Below the pieces are notes generated by a model that saw only the letters and a program-made list of their open reading frames with translations, made no database searches and was not told where the DNA came from. 64,000 bases of DNA from the human T2T-CHM13v2.0 reference genome, Homo sapiens: the NCBI RefSeq assembly GCF_009914755.1, contig NC_060930.1. One strand, written 5' to 3'. Below, in pieces: positions 15,506 to 28,320 of the stretch (its first letter is position 1; each line of letters starts with the position of its first letter). Both the position numbers and the translations under genes were made by a program.

Positions 15506-15566
<61 letters not shown>
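15291..15566. repeat. TA-rich minisatellite (~20-22-bp tatatatctgtatatatgtataa units) ending in a pure (TA)25
   Basis: Direct reading; uninterrupted TA at 15517-15566. Confidence 0.95.
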
Positions 15567-15569
<3 letters not shown>

Positions 15570-17093
15570 TACCTCTGCTTTTCTATCCTAAACTCTAATT
15601 TAAGTCTTTGCAGAAACTCAGATGTCTTTACCATGGGATTTATTTCTCGTTTTTAAGATGTACAATATAAACGTTGTCTAGGATTTTGTTTTCTTAAGTT
15701 TTTGCTTACTTTCCACTGACTAAATTATCAGTCGATATTTTCTACATCCTTAATAGTAAGGAGTTCCTATGATAAAGTCAATAAATAGCACACCCAGAAC
15801 TTTTGCATTATGAAAAAAATAATATATAGGATCTTGTATCCCAATTAGGTGGAACAAATATGTTGCAATTTGTAATTATTATAGCTATTACCGTTCTTTT
15901 TAATGAATCCATTCTCGAATTAAAGTTCTCTTTGGTTTATTCACAGTATTGTAAGGACTGTTATAAAAAATGAGCAAGGCTTTCAACATTTATAATAAAA
16001 ACTGAATGACTAAACAGACCTACATTTTTTTATTTGCATTAATGAGTTCATCCCCAAATATATATGCAATAATATATAAAATTAAGTTATAAATGTAGGG
16101 ATGTGCTCCAAGTCACCAAGAAAATCTGCATGCAAATGCATAATAATCACAAATCTACAATATTACAATATTAAAAAATACCCACAATTAAATTATCATG
16201 TGGAAATAATCATAATGTTATTGGAAACTCAATTATTGTGGCAACCCTTGTCGGGGAATTAGCAGAGTATGGCAAAGGCAAGTCAGACCTGAATTCATCA
16301 AATATATATTATCACAATATTACATGTTCACTTCGATTCCATGCAAAGACAAACATCCTCTCTCACTAGTATCTGCTCAATGCATTTGTATTATTCATGA
16401 ACAACTCTGTGATCTATTATACATACAAAACTGATTGTACGCTTCTTGCCGCAGGCTACAATGCAGAGACACAGAATTAATTTTATTATATACACATGCA
16501 TGATAATTGTGAAGGATTTGGTCAAATACCAAACTCTGCTCCTGTGCTCCATTATTCCACTTTCCAAAAAACAAAATAAATAAATAAATAAAGGTCTAAG
16601 GTCAGCAGCAATTTCTCTTCATGGCAGTGAAACTCTTTGTCATTTACAGTAGAAAGTTCCTGGATATCAATGAGCCCTGAATTGTGAAGAATCGTCCACA
16701 CTCCTTTCTACCAAAGCAAGCAAATAAGTTCATTATCGATACCATAAAACTTGAGTCCAAGTGACATAACTATTAGGAATATTTGGGAATTGCTGGTTGT
16801 AGTTACCTTGTGTCTGGGCAGTTCTCCTGCAGGGGTGACTGGGTGAGATTTTAAGATCCTTACCAATGTATAGCAGGGATTTAAAGGTAACATCAATTTG
16901 CAACTGCAAGGGTGGTTCATCCTTCCCTTTTTGACCACTTCCTCCCTTGTGCTAACATGAAATATTTCTGTTTCCTTTCCTAAATCGTAAATTCCATGAA
17001 GTCCTTGTTTACTTTTGATTTTTTTCATCTTTCTGTCCCTAATGCCTTGCAGAGTGCTATGGACATAGAGGAAAATAAATATGTATTTCGTAA

Positions 17094-17770
<677 letters not shown>

Positions 17771-18094
17771 GCCTATTATCTGGTTAATGCACTGAAGCTA
17801 ACCAGTTAAGCCAGTTTATGTGTGTGTATTCAAGATGAGCTGATTAGCTACTGCTTTCACTTTTCAGCTGAATTTCTACACGTCATATAAGTATAGCCTC
17901 AGGTTCAGATAACTTTTTTCTTTAATTAGAGCAAATAAAAATAAGAACTCACTTTTAACTGTTTGAAAAGGTATTACTTTGTTTTTGTTATAGGTGATTC
18001 TTCTAGAAATGGTGGATGAGAATGCCAGTCTTACACACACTAGACCCCACTTACATTATTTGAGTAAAAGGTGTATATGAAACAAATTGTATCA

Positions 18095-18315
18095 GAGCAA
18101 GTGAACCTAATTTGCAGTCAGACAAATCTAGAGCTACATGACATCTCTGCCTATTGGGCCATTTATTATATATTTCTGAGCCCCAAGATCTTAATCTATC
18201 GAATGTAATAATATCTAGTTATTGGGCATGTTGTGAGAATTAAATGAGATACAATATGCTTAGTACAATATCCGCCATGTGTCAGGCACTCAATAAATGT
18301 TAACTATTATTATTT
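18095..18315 (+). mobile_element. MIR
   Basis: 'gttgtgagaattaaatgagata...ggcactcaataaatgttaactattatt'. Confidence 0.8.
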
Positions 18316-18922
18316 TTTCATCATTGTTTTTATGATTACTTAAAACTCCCGTTCGAATCACCTAACTCTTTCCATGTAGGTCTTCATAAAAATTAGAATT
18401 TAAAAACCAGTCCTTCTGGTTCCCAACTGGAGAGATGAACTATGGCAAACTGAGTAAACTCCATGTGGAAAATCGTCCAAGCACCACGTGCAGACTCTCA
18501 CTTAAATGATTTTTTTATGCTGAAGATGTTTCCCTCTCTAAGTACAGACTGGGCAATGCAATCAATATTTTTTAGGGGATCCTTTTCAGTATTTTTATTG
18601 ATCAGGACCACGATAAAGAAAGATCTGTTTGAGGCTAAAGAATAGAAAGTCCTCTGCTTCACTGAAGTTTCTTTGATAACATAGAAAGGCTTTGGACAAC
18701 AGTTTAGGAGCATTCCATTTAAAACGCGCATGTCCTGTTTTCCTGTCATATTGAAGTTACCATATACATTCAAGTATTCCTTTTTGTTTTAGTGCAGAAG
18801 CACAATGAACATGCTCTGCACATTTCTAATGCAGTGACAATGGGTATGTTTTCTGCTTCTTCACCTAGTGTCACATATAGAGAATAGATAGGTATTGACT
18901 GACTTTAGAAATCTAGTTTTCA

Positions 18923-20394
18923 GTTTTCCTAGCACCATTTATTAAATAGGAAATCCTTTCCCCATTTCTTGTTTTTGTCAGGTTTGTCAAAGATCAGATA
19001 GTTGTAGATATGTGGCATTATTTCTGAGGGCTCTGTTCTGTTCCATTGGTCTATATCTCTGTTTTGGTACCAGTACCATGCTGTTTTGGTTACTGTAGGC
19101 TTGTAGTATAGTTTGAAGTCAGGTAGCATGATGCCTCCAGCTTTGTTCTTTTGGCTTAGGATTGACTTGGCAAAACTGGATCCCTTCCTTACACCTTATA
19201 CAAAAATTAATTCAAGATGGATTAAAGACTTAAATGCTAGATCTAAAACCATAAAAACCCTAGAAGAAAACCTAGGTAATACCATTCATGACATAGGCAT
19301 GGGCAAGGACTTCATGTCTAAAACACCAAAAGCAATGGCAACAAAAGCCAAAATTGACAAACGGGATCTAATTAAACTAGGGAGCTTCTTCACCACAAAA
19401 GAGACTACCATCAGAGTGAACAGGCAACCTACAGAATGGGAGAAAATTTTTGCAATCTACTCACCTGACAAAGGGCTAATATCCAGAATCTACAAAGAAC
19501 TCAAACAAATTTACAAGAAAAACACGAACAACCCCATCAACAAGTGGGCGAAGGAGATGAACAGACACTTCTCAAAAGAAGACATTTATGCAGCCAAAAG
19601 ACACATGAAAAAATGCTCATCATCACTGGCCATCAGAGAAATGCAAATCAAAACCACAATGAGATACCATCTCACACCAGTTAGAATGGCGATCATCAAA
19701 AAGTCAGGAAACAACAGGTGCTGGAGAGGATGTGGAGAAATAGGAACACTTTTACACTGTTGGTGGGACTGTAAACTAGTTCAACCATTGTGGAAGTCAG
19801 TGTGGCGATTCCTCAGGGATCTAGAACTAGAAATACCATTTGACCCAGCCAACCCATTAGTGGGTATATACCCAAACGATTATAAATCATGCTGCTATAA
19901 AGACCCATGCACACGTATGTTTATTGTGGCACTATTCACAATAGCAAACACTTGGAACCAACCCAAATGTCCAACAATGATAGACTGGATTAAGGAAATG
20001 TGGCACATATACATCATGGAATACTATGCAGCCATAAAAAAAGGATGAGTTCATGTCCATTGTAGGGACATGGATGAAGCTGGAAACCATCATTCTCAGC
20101 AAACTATCACAAGGACAAAAAACCAAACACCGCATGTTCTCACTCATAGTTGGGAACTGAACAATAAGAACACTTGGACACAGGAAGGGGAACATCACAC
20201 ACCAGGGCCTGTTGTGGGGTGGGGGGAGGGGGGAGGGATAGCATTAAGAGATATACCTAATGTAAATGATGAGTTAATGGGTGCAGCACACCAACATGGC
20301 ATATGTATACATACGTAACAAACCTGCACATTGTGCACATGTACCCTAAAACTTAAAGTATAATTTAAATAAATAAATAAATAAATAAATAAAA
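18923..20394 (+). mobile_element. 5'-truncated, 5'-inverted L1PA3/L1PA4 insertion (twin priming)
   Basis: 18923-~19171 is L1 ORF2 in minus orientation; ~19172-20394 is ORF2 end, 3' UTR and an (AAAT)n tail in plus orientation; 16-bp TSD agaaatctag(t/c)tttca at 18907-18922 and 20395-20410. Confidence 0.95.
19173..20048 (+). pseudogene. L1 ORF2p C-terminal domain remnant with no internal stop
   Basis: [20 protein letters not shown]...[18 protein letters not shown] (ORF2p CCHC motif)...YYAAIK; endonuclease and RT domains absent. Confidence 0.9.
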
Positions 20395-20919
20395 AGAAAT
20401 CTAGCTTTCAAAAGCAGATGACTGCATGAGTATTTCTTGGAAATATTAATAGAGAATTTTGAAATGCCAAAGACATAAAAATGTCTTTAAAATAGTTTGT
20501 TCAAATGAGACATCTTTATAACTTATTTCAGCTCCTCTAGAGTGAACCTGACACCATTTCCCCTGTTAAATTTTTGGCTCTTATATTACCGAAGAAAGTG
20601 GGCATTTGACAAACAAATGTGCAGGAATAGGGGGTGAGAAGGGCATAAGAGCGTGTTCAAATCTGTTTAAAATTAGACATTCAGTGTTGTAGAGTCAAAA
20701 CTATGTTCTCCTGTGTTTCTTACATGGGCACATACTTCATGGGTTTAATCATGGTTTGCTGTAGAGCATTTATAACACTTGCTGTGAAGCACTGTTGATA
20801 CAATGAAGCTTTTTCCAACAAGTAACAGCATGATGGTGGCAAAGGTGAGGCTCTGGGAGGAGATTTTAGTTCATCCTTGGAATTTGTTAGCTCCATAGCT
20901 TCCTGACAAGCTTAGTTAG

Positions 20920-21357
<438 letters not shown>

Positions 21358-21419
21358 AAAAAAAAGTTTCTAATAGCTAAACTAAAAAAAGTTTTTAAAA
21401 AAAGATACATATCTCTTTC

Positions 21420-21600
21420 TCATCTATATGATATAGGAGAGATAGATATATATGTATATATGAGATACATATTATATATACACATGTATGTGTGTATAAA
21501 CATGTATATATACATACATGTATCTCACATATACATATGTATCTCCTACACATATGTATACACATATGTACATATGTGTGTGCATGTATGTGTGTATAAA
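21420..21600. repeat. Degenerate (TA/CA/TG) low-complexity tract
   Basis: Direct reading. Confidence 0.85.
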
Positions 21601-21706
21601 TGAAACTAACAGCGTCTTGCCATATAGCTAGTGGTAATAAAGAAGAAATTTTAAATGCACTTTTATTGTTGGCCTGAGTTTTCTCTTTTTTCCTGGAAAT
21701 GTAGGC

Positions 21707-22235
21707 CAGCATTGGCCATATGAAATGAAATGTGAGTCACTAGTTTGAGCTATCCGTGTAATTACACATTTTCTAATAGCTAAACTAAAAATAGTTTTAA
21801 AAAATTAAGGTGAAATTAATGTTTCATATCTTTAACTTTTTTTTTCATTTTTTTGAGCCAGGGTCTCATTCTGTCACCCAGGCTGGAGTGCAGTGGCACA
21901 TTCATGGCTTACTGCAGCCTTGACCTCCCAGTCTCAAGTGATCTTCCCCCCTCAGCCTCACACCTCCTAGTAGCTGGGACTACAGGTGAGCACCACCACA
22001 CCCGGCTACTTTTTAATCATGGCTTTTATTTAACCATTTATATCTTAAATTTTATCATTGAAAGAGGAAACCAATATAAAAAAAATTAGTAAGATACTTT
22101 ACACCTCGTTTTGTACTAAGTCTTTGCAATCCTGTGTGTGTTTTTCACTGACAGCACTTCTCACTGAAGAATACTCACATTCAAGCGCTTCTTAGCACAC
22201 ATGCCTGGCTGGTGGCTACCACACTAGACTCGCAG
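21707..22235. mobile_element. MER33 element containing an AluJ right arm/FRAM (-, ~21837-22008)
   Basis: MER33 text 'ttttctaatagc...ggtgaaattaat' and 'tggctggtggctaccacactagac'; Alu monomer 'ttcatggcttactgcagccttgacctcc'. Confidence 0.8.
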
Positions 22236-23928
22236 TTCTCACCCAACTCTTTGGCCTTTCTTAGCCTGAACTGCAGAATACTGCTACTAATAAACGAAAC
22301 AAAGCTTTGCCCCCACAAAGCCCTGCTGCTGAATGCTGACTGACATTTGAACAAAGAAAATGTCCTTATATTTAAGCATCAGAACTATTACTTTTCCAAA
22401 ACCTCGCAACCCTTGGGTCACTTCAGGCCATTCCTCATGATTTGCATTAGGTGTTCTTCGAGACACAACATTAATCCAGTAATAATTAAAATGATATACT
22501 GTACTATTAACATTCTGAAATCTTTAAAGCAAAGTGATCTATGCCTGCAGCGCTGCCCAGGCTGGCTAATTAAACAGCATACAGTTGTAAATGGCTATTG
22601 TAAGCAGTTCCCTACTTAAAAATACAGCTCTGAGAAGTGCAGTTTATAGTGACAGGGGCCCTACCAGGATTGATCAGCTTTAAATAGAGGCCGATGCAGC
22701 GCACAGCAAATTTTACTTGAGAGGTTGGTATCTTGCTTTGCTGCCAATGTGAGGCTTTGGTTTTAACCCGGGCTCCTGTTGAATGACAGGCCCTGGGCTG
22801 TGTAAACTGGACACCCTGTGGGGGCTGAGGTTGCAGGCTGGATCCTCCCCTTGCTCTTTCTCCTGTGAGTCAGCATTCCTGGGAGACGTAGCCAACCATC
22901 CCAACGAGAGGAACACTTGCTCCACTCCACCCAGCAACCTCTAATCTGCCGTGATGGGACCTTGAGCCAAGGGATTTGGGTGTGTAAAGGACTTCTGCAG
23001 CAAAGAGTACCTCTAGAAATTGCTTTTGTGAGGTTCTTTGAGGTGCTAATCACCTTTTATTTGAATTGCTCTGACTTATCATTTAATAACTCCAGAGGAC
23101 TTTTTACTTCCTTGGCAGGAGGAGGAAGGTGATTCCTCAGATAAAACCAAAACCTAGAGCTGCACTTCTGAAGGAAATTGCTGCTCAGGTAGGGCTGGAT
23201 GTGTAGGTGTTCTCCATGGGCCCATGCTGTGCCTGTACCAGCGTCCTGAATTGACGGCAGCAGAGGGGTATCTTTCTTCATTCTTCATCATTTATTACCT
23301 GAGGCAGAATGAATACTTGGCTCCATTCGCTCGCTCTCTTTCTTTCTGCAACAATTAGAACTGAATTATTTGCTTCTTGCTTTCCCTTTTCCCACTTGTT
23401 CCACCATTCATATCTAAGTGAGTAACTTCTCAAGTTTTTCTACACTAATGTTTCCTGGTTCTGTAAAGCAAGTGATAATTGAGTGGTCTTAATCCCTTGA
23501 AATGGAACTGAAAATCTGGAGGTAGCTACATCAGCAAAGAGGGAGTGGCAGCCTTTTTTGTACATTTCACTTCCTTTCAGGACCTCCCAGAGAAGACCTC
23601 TGATAAACTTTTTTAGTCCTAGGTAAAGCCTGAAAGTCAACTGAGTACAGCTGCCATTTTTATTTCACCTTCTTCTTTCCACCTGCCAATCACCCAGCAG
23701 TGAGCTTTAAGTCATCAGACATCGTTGTGCCTACCTCAAGGGTGTGTACAGTGGTGTATACAGTGCCTGGCACAGAGTTAGACTCAATGAGTGACTGAAT
23801 GAATGAATGAGCGAGTAAGTGATTAAGTGAGCTCACATTACTATCAACTCAAAGTCACACTTTCTGGTGATCTCTCCTGAGTCTTAAATTTGAATTTTGA
23901 TATTTCAAATATTATATTTGAAATATAA

Positions 23929-24261
23929 TTTCTATATTTTCAAATATAGAAATATATAATTTCTATATTTTCAAATATAGAAATATATAATTTCTATATT
24001 TTCAAATATAGAAATATATAATTTCTATATTTTCAAATATAGAAATATATAATTTCTATATTTTCAAATATAGAAATTATATATTTCTATATTTTCAAAT
24101 ATAGAAATATATAATTTCTATATTTTCAAATATAGAAATTATATATTTCTATATTTTCAAATATAGAAATTATATATTTCTATATTTTCAAATATAGAAA
24201 TTATATATTTCTATATTTTCAAATATAGAAATATATAATTCTATATTTTCAAATATAGAAA
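23929..24261. repeat. Palindromic AT-rich minisatellite, 11 x 31 bp
   Basis: Unit TTTCTATATTT-TC-AAATATAGAAA plus a 7-bp spacer (TATATAA or TTATATA); 11 cores counted at 31-bp spacing, last interval 30 bp. Confidence 0.97.
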
Positions 24262-25094
24262 AATGCTTTAAAAAAACCCCAAAACTACTAGGTTATAGAA
24301 GGTAGGTTGTCCTGTGTTACTACTTCTGCTCTTCCTCAAGGTTCCCAATATTAGAGTCAATAAAAATATGTTTTCTTAGCTCAAGTATTAGGTGGAATTA
24401 AGAAAAAAAGTACTGCTATATTAGAAAAGGAATTAGATTTGTGATTCAAAGATAAAATTACTGAAGATGAAATCTGAGTATGTGCTCTAAATAATAATTC
24501 CTCTAGGTATCCAGGTATTCCGAAATTCTATTTTTAACATCTGTCTGAATAAGTAGGGGGTTTGAGTTATCCCCATGCTTTTCAATCCATATAATTATAA
24601 TTTACATTTACCTAGAGTTTCTATTTAATCTGAATAACACATACCCCTCTGCAGAGTATGACTCAGTGAACAATATACTAAACCTTTGGAGTGTTCAAGA
24701 GCATATCTTTCTAATGCCTCAACTTGCCCAAAGGAAGCATGAGCTGATCACCAAACAGATGCCCTGCAGTAATTAGATTAACTGGATGAATAACACGGGT
24801 TTAAACCCCATCCGTATTTTATAAATACATTCTGGACAATCCCTTTTGATCAGAACAGGTCTAATTGCAATAGCTGAAACTGTCAGAACTGTCAGGAGGC
24901 CACTTTCAAATATTGGAGGATATGGTCAGATCTAAAACTGACATTGTTTGTAGGTTATTCCCCTAGAATAGGTGGCTTTCCCTGCCAGCTACATTGTCTA
25001 CTTTAGCAAAGAATTGGGAGGTTCTAGTTGGGCTTCAGCCTAATACAGACTGAGATTGTTGTATAAAATGTGACTTATAATAGAAGTAAAGAGG

Positions 25095-25520
25095 TGAAGA
25101 TGATTTCACTTATATGTGGAACCAAAAAAAGTTGAACTCATACAAACAGAGTAGAAAAGTGGTTGTCAGAGGGGCTGGGAAGTGGAGGGAATGGGAAGAT
25201 GTTGGTTAAAGGGTAGAGAATTTCAGTTAAATAGGAAGATTAAGTTCTGGAGATCTATTGTACAGCATGGTGACTACTGTTAATAACAAGGTATTGATAC
25301 CTGAAAATTGCTGAGACAGTAGATTTTAAATGTTCTCACCAAAAAAAGAAATAAGTATGTGACATCATACTTAACTTTATGAATATGTAAACTTTATTTA
25401 ATCATTTCAGAGTGTGTGTTTGTGTGTGTATGTGTGCATGTATATATCAAAACCGCCTGTATACCACAAATATATATAACTTTTATTTGATCAATTAAAA
25501 AATAAAAATGTAAATAAAAA
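25095..25520 (+). mobile_element. L1MA-type 3' end
   Basis: 'tcacttatatgtggaacc...gttctggagatctattgtacagcatggtgacta...aaattgctgagacagtagattttaaatgttctcacc', A-rich tail. Confidence 0.88.
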
Positions 25521-26144
25521 CTGCTGAAGAATAAGGAAACGAAGAAATAACATTTAGGGAGTAGGGTGAAAAAGCATTGAGACATCAATTTTTTCATTAG
25601 AATCTTCTCTAGGGTACTTTGAGCATGGCATTAAGTCCATTTTGCAGGACTCATAAGACTGTTTTATATATATAATACCAAAATATCTACATAAAATGGG
25701 GTTAAAACAATGTCCAAATATTCAAGCCATAAGCAAGTAGCTTCTATTTTTTGGCATGAGGCAAACTGTTTTTACATAAAATCGATTAGGCAAGTGACCA
25801 AATAAATAGATGACTTTTCAAAGTAACTATTTTGACCTAATATAAACATAGGGCCTCCAAAGTGAAGCAGAATATATGCATCACGGGGTTCTATTGTAAG
25901 GTATTTCCTGATTGGAGTGATATTTGAAACTATGTAAGTAAAACAGTTCATTGTATTCTAGATATCACCTCCCCTAATTTATAAGTAATAGCATTTATTT
26001 AGACTGGTTTTAAACTGTTATTCTTCTTTTTTATGCAATTAGTTTTTACACAGGACATAAATAAAATTAGCATCTATACCATTAGGTATCTTAAGGAAAA
26101 TGCTGAACTGCAATTTTCTTTGTTTCTTGGATGAAACAAAAATC

Positions 26145-26178
<34 letters not shown>

Positions 26179-26217
26179 TATATACATATATACACACACA
26201 TATACATATATATATAC
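26145..26217. repeat. (TA)n(CA)n compound microsatellite
   Basis: Direct reading. Confidence 0.9.
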
Positions 26218-27012
26218 TGTGATTAGTATAATTAGTTGTGTGCACTGTCACACGAATGTGGAAATTTTCTTACAATTATTTAATTATCTACATTTCTGAT
26301 GATATTCATTGATCTACCTGTATCGACTCTTACTTCAATCTATTCTCTTTTAAATATCATCAAGTATATGACATTCAGATTATGCTAACTTTACTAACTC
26401 TAAGTTCTTACAAAGATGATTAATTTCTTCTGCATGAAAATTTTAGCCTCTAAACATCGACTAAACCCATTTGGACATATATTTCCAATGATGACTAAAT
26501 GCACTGATATATTTTATCTAAACAGAAATTCAAAATAACTTCTATATCCCATAGCCCTTACCATCAGTCTTAGTAAAAACAGATCAATAGAAAACAGTAT
26601 AGCAGAACAGCAAACATAAATACTGAAACCTTATTTGTAGATCTTTGCTATAAATGTAACACCCACCACACACAGGGAGAGATACTGGAAATAGCTTTCT
26701 TCTGTAATAAGTACACTGCTCCTTGGGAGAAAGGTAAACTGCATTATGAGATTAAGATCAACACAATGAAGTTACTTTCTAAGGGTCTCATACACCCAAG
26801 TTTATGTTGAGGAGGAAAATGTCCTTTTGGTAATTGAACTAAAAATCTAATGGACATGATGGATGCTTGATTGTGTCCAAATGGCATGAAAGCATCCTAG
26901 GAATTCCATACAGAATTCAGTTAACTATTTTATGAAAGTGGGAGAAAAAATCGAAATAAAAATTGAATTTCAAAAAATTGAAATTGAAATGTGAAGTGAA
27001 TTGATCAGCTAC

Positions 27013-27419
27013 TGTTTTAGTCTGTTTTGCATTGCTATAAAGGAATCCCTGAGACTGAGTAATTTATAAAGAAAAGAGGTTTATTTGGCTGACAGTTCTG
27101 CAGACCATACAAGCATGGCACCAGCATCTGCTTGGCTTCTGATGAGGCTTAAGTAACTTACAATCATGGTGGAAGGCAAAGGGGGAGCCAGCATATCACA
27201 TGACGAGAGAGGAAGCAAAAGGGAGATGACAGGCTGTTTAAAGAACCAGCTCTCCCGTGAACAAACAGAGCGAGAACTCACTTATTACTGCGGGGACAGC
27301 ACCAAGCCATTCATGAGGGATCCTCCCCCATGAACCAAACACCTCCCACAAGGACTGCCTCCAACATTGGTCACATTTCAATGTGAGATTTGGAGGGGAC
27401 AAATATCCAAACCATATCA
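27013..27419 (-). mobile_element. MST (MSTA/MSTB) MaLR solo LTR
   Basis: 'tgttttagtctgttttgcattgctataaagg...catggcaccagcatctgcttggcttctg...atccaaaccatatca'. Confidence 0.9.
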
Positions 27420-28159
27420 GCTGTTTTGGAAACATGTAGCTCAGAACATTATGGTGATTGGATTATAACATTTCGGCTCAAATATAAAACATGGGCTAAT
27501 ATGAAATCCAGGCATATCACCATATAAACAGAAGTCTCATCTTGATTTCAAAGATTTTTTTCCTGCATTAGTAGCCCATTATTGTTCTGTATGTGTCTCA
27601 ACCGTTTGTCTTAATGTGTCAAATTTACAACGTTGCTAAGAATATGAGTCACATCCTTAAATACCACATATTCATGAAAAAATCCTCGGAAAGTGAGTCA
27701 TTCAATGAACTATTGGGGGAAATTTTTAAACTTAATAAAGAATACCTTTTTAACAGGATAACTTGTTTCTCTTCTGACTGCCATGATTCTGTCTCACAGA
27801 CTTCCACAGAAAATATCAAAGATTTTAGCTGAATAAATAAACAAAAGACCAGGCAGATAAACTGACTTCTCAGGCCCAAGGTAGTGACCTGTGTGACAAT
27901 TTGGTCTTGGAGGCCTGATGTGAAAACCTCTTGCAGCCTCTGGGTAACGATGATTTGATTCCTATCTCCCCCATAGCCATTCTCAGCCTCTCACCTTGTG
28001 GGCTTTCCCTATGCACTGCACATAATCGGCAAATCAGTGGGGTTTTCCATTTCTGTCTCTTCTTCATAATTTGTTTTTCCCCTTTACTAATCTATTCAGT
28101 TCTCCAGCCCACTCACGTGATTTTGCATGATAAAGTTACAACAGGAAGACTATTAAAAT

Positions 28160-28320
28160 AGCAGCAAATACTTTCTTTAAGCCAGGTGTATGTCATCTTT
28201 TGACACATATTGTCTCTCTTGATTATCACAACAACCATCCCAGGTAACTATTATTATTATATTATTAATCCCATTTTACATGTATAAATGTTACACCAAA
28301 GAAACATAACTTGCAGGATA
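28160..28320 (-). mobile_element. MIR fragment
   Basis: 'tcacaacaaccatcccaggta...atcccattttacatg'. Confidence 0.6.

Noticed and set aside
19113-20048. 311-aa ORF as a host gene
   Set aside because: It is the L1 ORF2p C-terminus fused to antisense L1 across the inversion junction
20214-20238. G-quadruplex motif
   Set aside because: Standard G-rich tract of the L1PA 3' UTR, not locus-specific
23929-24261. CRISPR-like array of palindromic repeats
   Set aside because: Spacers are only 7 bp and come in two recurring forms, there are no cas genes, and the context is primate; it is a minisatellite
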